A stretch of 64,000 bases of DNA from Laetmonice hystrix. Its lineage: Eukaryota. Below, piece after piece: positions 12,901 to 24,906 of this stretch. Every line of letters starts with the position of its first letter. The stretch's first letter is position 1. The notes below the pieces were generated by a model. That model worked only from the letters and a program-made list of their open reading frames with translations, did not search any database and was not told the DNA's origin. Location: assembly GCA_965235115.1 (NCBI GenBank), contig OZ249437.1, forward strand, positions 7,626,001 to 7,690,000, in the 5' to 3' direction. The position numbers and the translations under genes were made by a program.

Positions 12901-15885
12901 CCTCATCCCATCATCTTCTATAAGTCTGAGTGGGGTTCTGGCCTTTATCTGTCTCTCTAGCAGGTGCTTGCCCTAACCCCTTCATCAGTTCCCTGCCCAG
13001 CAACCGGGCTGTTTAAACTCCGTGATCTGCCTACTATCTATTACCCCCGGGCTGACACAAACATCAACTACCTCAAATGAACTGTCAAATTTACCATGAA
13101 GAGACTGATAAATCCGCCACAGAATTTTTCTCTCCCTGTTAGCAAATGGAGACGTATATCAGCGGTCCAGTTTAGCAGACCACGCCATGGTGTAGATATC
13201 CCTGTCTGCCAATGAGTGATCTATCCCCGAGTGAAACACACCCGGGACTCTGCTGGTCACGGGAGACAGCATAAAGTGAGTGAAATCATCCACGCTGACA
13301 TATCATTCAATATATTCCTGAACGCATTTATCGAATATTACCTAAAGGCTTAGTCAAGTGGTACGCTCCCGCAAGCCTCTTGTCGTCTTCTTTGAAAAAA
13401 AAGAGTAAAGTTCATTTTATCAACATGAACTACACGACTACTTCTGGGTTTTATACGAAAACGGTCAAAGCGACCAAGATTCTTCCCTAGATTCATGATC
13501 ATTTCTGTCCGATAGTAAGGCTAAACTTTCCGGAGACCACGACAGGTATCTGGCTATAAGATGAAGGTTACACGCCCTCCCATATTATCAGAAACCACTT
13601 AAAGTAGGCAGATGTGATGCACCTTGGGACGAGATCTTGTCCACCCGTGGCTGCCCCTATCATACCGACCACGCCAATAAATGACGTTTATTCGATTTGC
13701 CTTTTAGACTGCTTGTTCAACTTTAGAGAAATAGTAATTTGGCTTGGCGCCGCATGAATACGACTCCTCTGTCATTTGATCAACGTCAGCTGCGACTGGA
13801 ACGCTGCTTTAATTGGAATCATTTTCATCTTAATTACCGCTAATGGAACCACTAATACATCATGGAATCCGATTATCTGAAATCGAAAGTTTCTCCTTGA
13901 TACCACCACTGCAATCTACAAATTGCTGCAGTTTGCTTTCTGATCCTTCCAATGTCAGACCAATCTCTAGCATAGAATTAATTTCTAGAGCAGTGGACTC
14001 CACTGGACTATCTCAATGTGACCGACCAGTTCGATAATGTAACAACCAGGAATGAGACATAGACCCATGGCCAGGATGTCCAAAGCTAGGGATGGGTCGA
14101 CCGTATTGGGGACAAAATGGGCATTTTCAATGAAGTGGACCCTTCTTAAAGCTTTCAGGTGAAAGTGAACCATAGCTGGGGCTTCCGTTGGAGAAGGTTT
14201 TGATGGGGGTGGTGGGCTCGCCAGGTCCCTGCACCTCCCGACCCGAGCTTGGGCCCCGACTTACCAATAATATTGCCCCAACCGATTTAAACCCAAAGGT
14301 CCCCCAATAATCTGAGAAGCCGTTTTGACCTGTTGTAACATCAAAAAAGGTAAACCTGGCTTCACGTACGGGAAAAAGGCGTCCTTCCCCGTGTTGAGTG
14401 TCTGCAAGAACCACGGTTGAGGTCATCCACCTGCTGACCCTTGTTCACGAACGCCAGATCTGGACAGCTGACACATCTCGCCCCAATCTATGCCACTCAG
14501 CCTCCCGGGAACCTGCCCGAAAGGTAATCATTCACGTACCGCACAGCGAGCGTTTGCTGACCACGCCAGGAACACCCGCCCCCCCCCCCCACTCCCCCCG
14601 GTACCGATCGTTCGGTCTGAAAGCCCTTGGCGTCCAATAGGTGCACCTGCTGGTCAGCGTCTGTCTATCACACCATCAAAAAGGTCGACCATGTCATAAT
14701 CTTTTTATCACAGTCTCACGTGTCTTACAGTCTCGCGTGTGTCTAGAATATTATATATCGCATGCAGCGATTACTTGGCAAGTAGTGGAGTGCAGAAACC
14801 ATCTTATACAAACACATCAGAACAGTGAATTAAACGTACCAGGGCGTATGGTTAACATCTGACGATGCCTCTATATAAAACACGGTAAGAATGACAATGG
14901 ACCCTCAGCACTTCTCTGTAGTCGTTCAAACCAGATCGAATACAACATTGGACGGCTAGCTTCAATAATATAATACCGGCACTTAAACCTTCTCAAATCC
15001 ATTGTTGTATTGATTCTGTTATTGAAGCCGCAACCGATATTTTAGAGGTGTACAAGTAGAAACAGACACCTCGCTTATAGTAACTGAGACGACAACAGTT
15101 CTGGAGTTACCATACCTGTACCGGTGTTCCTTTATCTACAAGGAAGAGTTACGACAAACTTCCTCTATAAGCTGCATCAACATGTGTAAAACTAAACTAA
15201 AACATTAACATACAAAAAATACCACAATAATAATCATCTAGTAAGTTTAGTTTACCAATTCTCCTATGGTCCGTGGATGAAGAAAAAAGATCAATTTACT
15301 AGTCGACTATTGCCGACGGTCACACATTCCTGATAGGTGACCGTCCTGAAGAACTGATCCTTTACCTCATGACAAAATCCTTCCATGTAGACACGCAGAG
15401 ACCTGCCTTAAAGGCATGCACACTACCACAGACAGCCACCCCTGGCACTTCGCTCTGATCTGATTACTGCCCCCCCTTTCCTCGCCATCTCCTGTTTTCC
15501 TAACACAATTTGCATTATTTGAACTCGTATCAAACGTCGCCGGCGTTGTGTGTACCACGTCCACACAGATGTTCTAACCGACTGTGTCCAAGGCCTTGTC
15601 ACAAGGACTCCTCAGTTTACCTTTTCAACATGCATTAAGGAGCACGATTAAAACAAAACCATCCGTGAGAAATGATAAGGAATTCCAGAGCACATTTCAA
15701 TGTTGCTTTATCATTCAACAACGATTGCTTTTATATCTCAGATTTTCCCCTTCGCCCCATGTTGCTTTCCTGGGACAATCTGAAATATAACTGCCTTTGG
15801 TGAACTGAAATATACCAGAAATCAAATTGGCAATTGGCCCAAATTAAACGGTATACAGAAAGTTAAATTAGTGAGAGAGCCTTAC

Positions 15886-18826
15886 CTTGTCTCCGGCTTG
15901 CCGAGCTTGAAGCAGTTCTTCATTGAGCCACGCAATCTGATTGGATGGATCAGGCCGGTTGAATGCATACTGGTTCTGTTCGTACCACAATATTGTGTTG
16001 AGGCTGATTAGACGAACACCACTGCCGAGCTCTACCGAGTAGTATCCACCTTGTAAAGGAAACAGTGGCTGTCTCATTCATCCGCTGGGTGCATGGCAGA
16101 CTGGGATGGAACCGTTTAGCCAGAACCCATCAGGAACATAGAAGATCTATACAGTACGGCAGCAAGAACTTCTGTCATCTTCATTTAGGTTTCTCTCAGC
16201 GTCAGAGTGATCCTTAATGGGACCTAATTGGTATTCCTATCTAACATGGCCGTGTCTAAATGGATCTGCTTCACCGAAACGTTCGAGGTTAAACAAGCAG
16301 ATTTTTCATAGACCGCAGTACGTACAGGTTACAAAATTGTATATGCTGAGGCTGCCCATTCGGCCATCTCAAGATGCCCACAGGAATCGAATTTACTAAT
16401 GATTTATGATTGGGCACTTCTTCCTCGCGCAATGTTAATTGGATTATGACAACACTACAAGCCAGCTAGGACCTATTGAGTATTGTCACTGGATGCTTTG
16501 GTAGAGCTGTTTAGTCCAAAATGAAATCATGCTAACCTAATTTAGAGACACCACACTTGGTAACGCAAAGCATCTGCCATTTAAAACATCTAGGCTTTGT
16601 ACTGAAGGGGAGCGAATACTAAGGTATTAATATCCCTAAACATACCTTTGTTAAATGTTTTCTGACTGTTGTTACTCAGTAGTGTATCCCATCCACTGTA
16701 TCCCAGGATACTGCTGTAATAATCAGCTGGTGCAGGTGGAACCTGATTGGCTGGCCAGGCATCGTGATTTCCTAACGATGGCAATATTCTCGTATCTGGG
16801 AAACTCTCCTGTAGAAGGGCTGTTACATTCTTCACTATCGTAAACACCTTAGTTGGGTTCAATTCATTGTCAGGAATATGAGGTATGCTGTCTCTGTAAG
16901 ATAAAGACAAGTTCATTAACAAGTCTACTCTCACAATAACATCATCATTAACACCTCTTTCTCACTAGCAAATTAGTGTTAGTTCGGATTTCAGATTCAA
17001 TTTCTATAGAGCGAATATCTTCTGTTAAAAAACATAAAAAAACGAGTTACAACAGATGTCAGCTTGAATTCATTGAAAATATTTGTCTAATGTATGTGCA
17101 ATAAACTATGGGGAAGAAGAAGGATCTAGTACCCAGTCCAGAGGATAAAGTCAGGGTCAGGGTAGATCTTCTTCATTGCTTGTACAGCGGAAGTGACGAG
17201 TTTCCAGGGCGAGTCACAGTTGTAGTTGCCGTACTCGCCATTAGTAACGTTTCCAGTGGCTCCCCGGTCTGGCGCTTGGTGACAGTTGTACTGGGTGCCA
17301 TGACTGCTGTAGTTGGCATCAAAATGTACATCTGTCAACTGCCAGAACACACCTGAAATACCAGTACAACTTTTATGGGTTATTGTACAACAATAAACAG
17401 TTCTTTTTTAATTATTATTAATTTTGTTGTGTACGGTGGCTGGGAAAGGACATCACATGAATTTACATTTTTCCCAGTATTATCTCGAGCGCTCGAGTTA
17501 ATTATCTCGAGCGCTCGAGAAAATACTGGAAAAATATATTCATGTGATGTCCTTTCCCAGCCACCGTAGTTGTGTCTACGGCTTTCGTCAGAGTTTACCC
17601 TAGGCCCCTATGTACATGTATTGTTGTTTTACTTCTTTTTTTTTGGGTGTTTGTTGTTAAATGTGTTTCTATTAATCATATATGTCTGAATTTAGATTTT
17701 GGTTGTCAATGCTAGAATAACCTTGCCTCCTTGGTTACTTATAGATCTATGTCCCAATTAACCTTCCTCATTCTACCATATAGGTCCATCCAATAGGTCT
17801 TTCGTTACTTTCGAAGTAGGCCTATTCGTTCAAATATTAGGGCCTACATGGCATTGATTTTAAACGTTGTCAAACACCATTCAAAATATAAAAAAAGGTT
17901 TTAGACCTATTTATCACCAATCAACAATGGCCCTGCTTCGCTATAGAGTTGCAAGATTCCTTCGTCCTCGTAAATTATATAGGCCCTACTCAGTGGCGGA
18001 TCCGGGGAGGGGTTCGGGGGTTCCAGCCCTCTTACGAAGTAATTTTCCTTTTTTCCGCGCAAACCTGAATCCGCCCCTATATATAGATCTAGGCTAATAA
18101 CGGCTAGCATACGCCGCCTCTTCAATTCTTGGATAGCCCCTTTGGATAGGCCTACTGTCCCTGGGTGGCCCGGCTTTGTTACCAACCAGCTTTGTTCCCG
18201 GTGAAAGCACCCCTCTCCGAGAACGTAGGAAGCTTCCCTATAGGTAGTCGGTCGGCAGTTGCCCGCGGAGGCGGTATATAGGCCTATTATAATAGTTCCG
18301 CGCCCCGCGGTCCCGGCGCCCCAACTATAGGCTACACCTATTAGGGTTGTTCCCCGGCGGGAAGGGCCCCGCCCCCCAGCTCCACCCCCCGTCACCTGGA
18401 CCAAGGCCCCGCGGTCTCAGCCCCACGGCCTTCCTCCCCGGCCTGTTGGCATCAGTCGCCCGTTGTGGCTCCGTCCGACACGGTTACCGGCCGAGGCCCA
18501 GGGTTGCATCCTCTGTCAGTGTAGTAGCACGGCCTGGTACGGTATAGGCGACAGTCGGCCCACGGTACGATACCATTAACGACCATGTCCCCGACAGCTC
18601 GCGGCGGACCCAGCCGGCCTGCCGCTGGGGTCGGGTGGCCGTGGGTGAGCCCATGCATGCGGCCCTGGTACGCAGACAGGCTGATGGCTCGAAGTTTAGA
18701 TCTACCCATGAAAACTAGGCTTACACACTCACCTATCTGTGGACTAATTTTCCGAGCTCCACAAACTATCCAAACCAGATGGACGATAGTTATGGCGTAC
18801 CAAATGTTTACACGAAACCAATCCAT
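15886..18826 (-). CDS. SMPDL3: Acid sphingomyelinase-like phosphodiesterase 3 (SMPDL3A/B-like), exons 1-4 only
   Basis: Exons 18826-18733 (signal-peptide-like MDWFRVNIWYAITIVHLVWIVCG), 17352-17133 (FWQLTDVHFD...NCDSPW...DFILWTG), 16893-16646 (DSIPH...SLGNHDAWP), 16049-15886 (GGYYSV...LISLNT...DPSNQIAWL). All junctions GT-AG and phase-consistent. Metallophosphoesterase motifs DxH, GD and GNHD are present. There is no saposin domain, so not SMPD1. Confidence 0.9.
17434..17566. mobile_element. Tc1/mariner-type MITE with TA TSD in SMPDL3 intron 1
   Basis: TA|CGGTGGCTGGGAAAGGACATCACATGAAT...ATTCATGTGATGTCCTTTCCCAGCCACCG|TA. The centre carries two CTCGAGCGCTCGAG palindromes. Confidence 0.85.
17991..18079. 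mobile_element. Short hAT-like MITE remnant
   Basis: CAGTGGCGGATCC...AATCCGCCCCT ends. No TSD found. Confidence 0.5.
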
Positions 18827-19982
18827 CGCCGCCCGTACGGAACTTTTAGTTGGCAGTGTATCCTACTGTCGACTGCCACTCAGCTAACATCGATGAGCGG
18901 GCACGGACCGAATCGTTCTGACAAACACTGCCACCTGTTGGAGGAAATCGGAATCCCGGCCACGTGCCACGTCAGAAGTCCCGCCAAGAATGGCTGCGCG
19001 CGCGTGCATGGGTTTCATGAATGTCGACCTTCTGTCGCGGGCAAGGGGCGTGCCCCGTAGAGACAAGTAGACTCTATGGTCTCAAGGGGTAGGCTATTTT
19101 AAACGTTGATGCCTTTTTTTAATTGGTAGGCGGTAGGCCTAGAGCTGCATGCCATGCGGGAGGGGGAATTCCGAGCAATCTATACCAGGCTACGCCCAGT
19201 AGGGGCCTATAGGCCTAGGCCTAGCCACCATAGATCTAGATTTGGGCCAGAAGTAGCCTACACTAGCCGTCGGCCTATCATCGCATTATTTCTAGGTTAC
19301 GGTTAGGGTAACTAACCCAGTTGGTAAAACTTGACGTAGACCTATGTAGGCCTGGGCATAATAGGCCTACGTGACATTTAGAATCGTGTTCGTTCGTTGT
19401 TTTTTTTTTTGGGGGGGGGGGGGGTCTTTCTTAGTTGGGGGGGGGGGGCAAAATCAGGTAATCTCTTATTCTAATACGATTCTAATAAAAAAAAAGTAGA
19501 GGCCTACTTCGAATCATGTGAAATAAGAAAAAAATAGGAACCTTTCCTCGTCAAAAAGTTGCTCCCAATAGGCCTACTAGCATGCAATCCCGGCTAGGCC
19601 TACTCTACCGGACAGCCATGAGAGTAGGCTGGACCTAAGGCTAAGCTATAACAACAGACCTCTTTTGCCAAATTGGGGCCGTCTATAGGCCTAAATTACG
19701 TAACGCCATTCTGACTGAATTAAAAGCCTACCTAATCTAGGTCTTTAGTATTCTTAGACATACCCAAAAGGTGCGCCAAGTTAAAAACCAGCCAGTCCCC
19801 TTTTCCATCGTGATTATAATTTGAGAATCCGTCATGACTGGGTCAAAGAACCTCGATGGTTCTGTCTGGGTCCAGCACGGGGAACGAGCAAAGCGACATC
19901 TGTCGTCTAGGTTAGAAACAAAGAATTCCCCTGCAGGTGGCGCTCATTGCGAAGGTCAAGGTCGAAGGCCGATGCTGCCATC
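18827..19982. promoter_or_regulatory. Putative bidirectional promoter region SMPDL3/NDUFB6
   Basis: Divergent start codons are 1.16 kb apart, within a CpG/GC-rich stretch (~17.9-20.4 kb). TSS not determined. Confidence 0.5.
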
Positions 19983-22900
19983 ATGGCGGAGAAGTCGACG
20001 TCCTTGAGATCCCCGGCAGAAGTTGACAAGGAGGCAGTAGACCGCTTCAACCGCCTCCTCAAGGAAAGTCTAGAACGCGAGGAGAAGCTTCACCAACACC
20101 ATGCGTGGAGAGGTGCCAAATTTCCTCCCTTCAACATCGAACCGATGCCGTACGAACGGCAGAGGTTGGCGACACCGATGACCGCCGAGGATCGAGCCCT
20201 CCGTAAACAGTGGGTACTCGACCAGAAACTGTCGCCGAACGAACCGCACTACATCCCCGAGCTCTACCCACAGAACTCCATCAGGAGGATGTTGGCTGCT
20301 CCGTGGAACATTCTCTTCAACACGTTGAGACCTTTAGTGGTGGGTAGGCCAAAACAAGGCATCTGGCTCGAAAAGCCGGTGTCGCCGTCTTTTTTCTCCG
20401 CGGTCTCAAGTCAAGATCTACTACTCCGGGAGCGGTGTGACTAATTACCGAAATCTACCGAAATCTACCGGAATCTACCGGAATTCAGAAACCCCATGAC
20501 TAATTACCGAAATCGACCCCCAAACTTACCGAAATGGACCTCTAGTTGTGTTTGGGAGCCCCCAAACTTCCCGAAATGGACCTCTAGTTGTGTTTGGGAC
20601 CCCCCAAACTTCCGATATCGACCTCTAGTTGTGTTTGGGAGTCCCCAAACTTACGGAAATCGACCCACTCTAATTGGGTTTGGGAGCCCCCAAACTTACC
20701 GAAATCGACCTCTAATTGGGTTTGGGAGCCCCCAAACTTACCGAAATCTGGGGGCTCCCAAACACAACTAGAGGTCGATTTCGGTAAGTTTGGGGGCTCC
20801 CAAACAACACTAGAGGTCGATTTCGGTAATTTGGGGGGCTCCTATAAACCCAATTAGAGGTCGATTTCAGTAAGTTTGGGGGCTCCCAAACACAAAGTTC
20901 TAGAGGTCAATTTCGGTAAGTTTGTGGGCTCTCAAACACAACTAGAGGTCCATTTCGGTAAGTTTGGGGGTCCATTTCGGTAATTAGTCATGGGGTTTCT
21001 GGATTTCGGTATATTCCGGTAGATTTCGGTAATTAGTCACACCCCTCCGGGAGGTTTCTAATTCTGCAGAGTCGCAAATGTCATATCTGATCTAGTAGTA
21101 GTACTAGCCCATGAAAATATATACAGTAGACCTCGCATATAACGGCCTTGCATATACCAGACAATCGCCTATAACGTACTGAAACTGGAAGTCCTGATCC
21201 CGTCTAACAATAATTCAAATTACCGTATAGATCTATGCGTATAACAGACTTCGCATATAACAGACAAAAATCTCTGGTCCCAATCAGTACGTTATATGCG
21301 AGGTCTGCTGTACTCGTGAAACTTTAATTAGTTTAAATAAAAGAGAGGTAGATCTACCCCTTTTGTTAGATTGTTGCTTTATTTTTGTTAAGAAACCGAC
21401 ATGTCTGCCTCCGTCATGTCTTTGACTTTGGCCACATAGACACATTCCCTCGTTTTAAAAAGTTTTTAAAACCATGTTCTATTTCACTTCAGGGGCAGAA
21501 AATTGCGAGTGCAGGACGTTTCTATGCTCCTAGAGCAGCGATGACAGCTTTTGTTGTCTGGGGATGCTACTATAATCTGAAATATCATTCAGCGGTATGT
21601 AAGCAGCAGTAAAATATAGCTCACCATTGCTAATCTGGGATTCATGTACGCTGTAACAGTCAGACAGTTGGTACCTGGTAATTTCAATGCATTCAAATTG
21701 TGAAAGATGCAGATTCAGGGGTGTGATCAGCTGAAGGAAAAAAAGCCTGAACGTTTGTGGTGCAACTTGGGGTGGGCACAGCAAGGGTGTCCCCTCCCTC
21801 AGCGAAAAATGTGACAATTTCATGTTTAAAATGGTGCAATCTGAATGAATTTTGGAGGTTTTATTTATGTTAATACTGGAATGATTTCCAACCATTCGCT
21901 GGCGAGTTTTGACCAATTTGGACAAGTTTTACTCCCACCTCCCTACAATACATATAGATTATAAGAACCAGATAAAATTAACAAAATACACTAAAATCCA
22001 AAATTGTTCTCTATATATTATGTTGTGGAACTCTACAAATTTAGACATACATGCGGAAACTGAAATGTGGTTTAAAAGAAATCTCAAATTCCATGACTTT
22101 TCCATGACTCTCCCTCGTTTTTCTATTTTTCATGACTTTTCCAGTTCTGGAAAACCAAATTTCATTTTCTATGACTTTTCATGACCGTTGGAACCCTGTA
22201 AGATCGCAACGGATTTGAACCAATCACCGAGGGGTAACTTTTTCATACAAAAAAGCTGGAAATCAGGCAAAAACTGGAAAAATCACAAGCCTACAGATTA
22301 CTGGACTGTTTTAGATAATCATGGTAGAAGCAATAATTCAGAGATTGAAGTCGTTGTTCTTTTGTATGCAGGAATGGACAGACGCTAAAGGGTGGCACAC
22401 ATACCACAACAGGGCTCCAGTATTTCCGGTATGAATCCTTCATGTTAAAGTGGCACCGCAAATTCCTGAAATACTTATCTTTGAACTCCAGTGACGCCAT
22501 GTACAAATTTCAGGTTCGAGCAATATATATGAAAATATTTTAAAAACGAAATGGAATAATATATTGCCGCTGTCCTTACCGGGCGTCATTACCCATGCCA
22601 CTAGCTCCCAGCCCGCGCTGGCTTCAGAAAATAGTGGTCAGACCGAAAAGTAACTCGGTGCCTATACATAACTACATTTTTAAAATACTTTCGTTTATCA
22701 CTCAAACCTAAAATTTTAACATGGTGTCACTGGTGTTCAAAGGTAAGTATTTCAGGAATATGGGATGTGACTTAAAGAGATTACTTTAATCATTGTAGCA
22801 GTATTAACACCTAGATCAATGGACAAACAGAACCCTAAAGCTAAAAAGTATGAAAAGTAGGCAAGCTAGTGTTTAAATGATTTTATGGATACCCAGTACC

Positions 22901-23104
22901 TGATTAAAGTTGGGATAGTTATGGGTTAAATACATGGACCCATGTATTTTATGTTGATGTTGACCATAGTATGGTATTTTCTTATTTGTTCAGGGAGATG
23001 AATCCTATCCAATACCAAAGGAAAAAGAGGCACAGGATTTCAATGACCGTGGCTTCAAGAAACGCAAGGTGTTCCAAAACATACGCACTGGCTACACAGA
23101 GTGA
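19983..23104 (+). CDS. NDUFB6: NADH dehydrogenase (ubiquinone) 1 beta subcomplex subunit 6 (B17), ~208 aa
   Basis: Exons 19983-20339, 21493-21594, 22372-22428, 22994-23104, all phase 0 and GT-AG. Motifs ERQRLATPMTAEDRALRKQWVLDQKL, YYNLKY, WTDAKGW and GDESYP...DFNDRGF match invertebrate B17. AATAAA near 23385. Confidence 0.9.
20433..21044. mobile_element. Foldback/MULE-like element with 9-bp TSD in NDUFB6 intron 1
   Basis: TSD CTCCGGGAG at 20424-20432 and 21045-21053. TIR (C/G)GGTGTGACTAATTACCGAAATCTACCG. Both arms are built from ~42-bp subrepeats in opposite orientation. Confidence 0.85.
21124..21310. mobile_element. Tc1/pogo-type MITE with TA TSD
   Basis: TA|CAGTAGACCTCGCATATAACG...CGTTATATGCGAGGTCTGCTG|TA. 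Confidence 0.85.
22449..22771. mobile_element. Old TTAA-flanked palindromic element (Kolobok-like)
   Basis: TTAA at both ends. Inverted subterminal block TCCTGAAATACTTATCTTTGAACTCCAGTGACGCCAT vs ATGGTGTCACTGGTGTTCAAAGGTAAGTATTTCAGGA. Confidence 0.55.
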
Positions 23105-24041
23105 CTTCGACTGGTCTCTAAGGCAACTCAGAAAACTGTACATAATATAGAAGTGAAGAGCCCACGGAGGAGAGACATAAGTTATACCCAGCCTTACCAT
23201 TGACGATGACCGGTCCGGGGATGATTATTCTAGTGCTGGATGAAACTCCAATTGCAGAAATAGTGCAGAACTTGATGGGAAAATGGAGATTGTGAGAAAT
23301 TGTGACATAAAACTAAATAAATATTGGTTACATATATGATAAGTTGTTTTTTCCTTCTTTATTAGTTGCACTGATTTACAATTAATAAAAAAAAGAAAAA
23401 CTTAGAATTTTAAATGTTAATGGCCCTTTGACCACTCCCACAGTGGAGACATCTCAGGGATTTTGTTTGGGGTCCATGTAACCCAAGGTGTACACAAAAG
23501 AAGTGTTTTCTTGTAGTACACAAGAATACTCAATAGCAATGTTGAACAGCAATGTTGCTGAGGGGCAGTCCTTGTAAGCCATCTTGAGAAAAACATAATG
23601 CACAAGATAATGAACACTAGGGACTAAATCTAGTAGGGAGAGCCCCCTAGTGGCCGACTTAAACATGAAGATGTCTCCCGTTTATAAGAAATTCTCCATA
23701 TAACAATTTTTTTCTGCGGCCCCAGTACTCTGCTATAACTGTACCTTATGACATTTATCAACAACAGAACTTTACTGTTGCTGAATATTCTTTGGAAATC
23801 GTCAATAAGTTCACAAGATTGAACAGTGTGTGTTTTATTTTTTTGTAAAAGTACCCCAGACCTTAAAACATTGCAGTGTTTTACACTGTTTCTCAGACTT
23901 CTTCCTTATTTCAAGAGTCCACTCTCCAACCAATACGTTGGAAATAAAACTGTCTTCCAATTAGATGTTTGAAGTTGGAAACAAATGTGAGACTGGTATA
24001 GAATCAGCAACCATTTCCAAAGCATCAATTTAAGCCAGCTG

Positions 24042-24779
24042 TTAAGATGGTCCTTCCTCGACTTCCATCTCTGCCATTTCTTCCTCGGCTGCAGGCTGAG
24101 CAGGAGGGTCAGGTCCAGGCAGATGGGTGGAGATCACTTCTAACAGACTGTCTATCTGCTCCTCCGTCAGTCTCTCCTCGCTCTCCTCAATGATCAATTG
24201 GATTTCAACAGCAGTTGTAGGACGCTGGTTCAACAACTGCATCTTTTCTGCCTTCGTCAGCTTGAAGGGCTGCAAGGCCTGCAAAAAATGCAATTGCTGC
24301 TATGGTATATCTACAAATTTGACTTATGAACTACATTGCAGACTAAAATTTCTGATTAAAACTAATTGAACTTTCAAGTTCATTAAAATTGACTGGACTT
24401 TGCTTGTGAAAAGGACCGTGAAGTTTGAAACAATTGGCAAGTAACTTCCACATGACTACTGATACTTGCTTGCCCATACACAAACACTAGGTAAAAACAA
24501 TGTAGCCCCATTTGAGACTTTACACACAAAAAAAAGCATTTTCTGATTCATTTACTGTCAACTTACTTGTAAAAACTTGGCAATGATGTCTTCCGACTGC
24601 AGACTGCATGGCATACGTTCCAGATATTTGAGAGTGGAGTAGGCAACAGTCGCTAGATTCTGGTGATGTTTACTTGGGCGCTTTGATTCCTTTGATAAAG
24701 ATACGGCTTTTAGCTCCTGAAGCAGCGTAAAGACTTCGTAATTGCTCAGCATGGAGGCTGATTCATCAATGATCTCCAT
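24042..24779 (-). CDS. CRCP: RNA polymerase III subunit RPC9 / CGRP receptor component protein, 149 aa
   Basis: Exons 24779-24567 and 24278-24042, phase 0. [20 protein letters not shown]...[13 protein letters not shown]...[38 protein letters not shown] is the Rpb4/RPC9 signature. Confidence 0.93.
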
Positions 24780-24906
24780 TCTGTCCTCTGGTTCTACTGT
24801 GGCTGTGCGCTGTCACTGAACGACACCTTCGGAAGGTGTCTCAAGGAAACAAACCGCCCGGCATACAGGACAAACCCCCAAGATATCAGCACCAGAGTGA
24901 CCAAAA

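Noticed and set aside
12940-13080. GNAT acetyltransferase motif A in the fossil ORF (RG*GKHLL)
   Set aside because: It needs several stops reverted, and the spacing from the preceding beta-strand is wrong.
17907-19066. Cluster of overlapping ORFs on both strands
   Set aside because: By-product of GC-rich promoter sequence; only SMPDL3 exon 1 has splice and homology support.
20496-20857. Repetitive ORFs (WEPPNLPK repeats)
   Set aside because: Translations of foldback subrepeats inside an intron.
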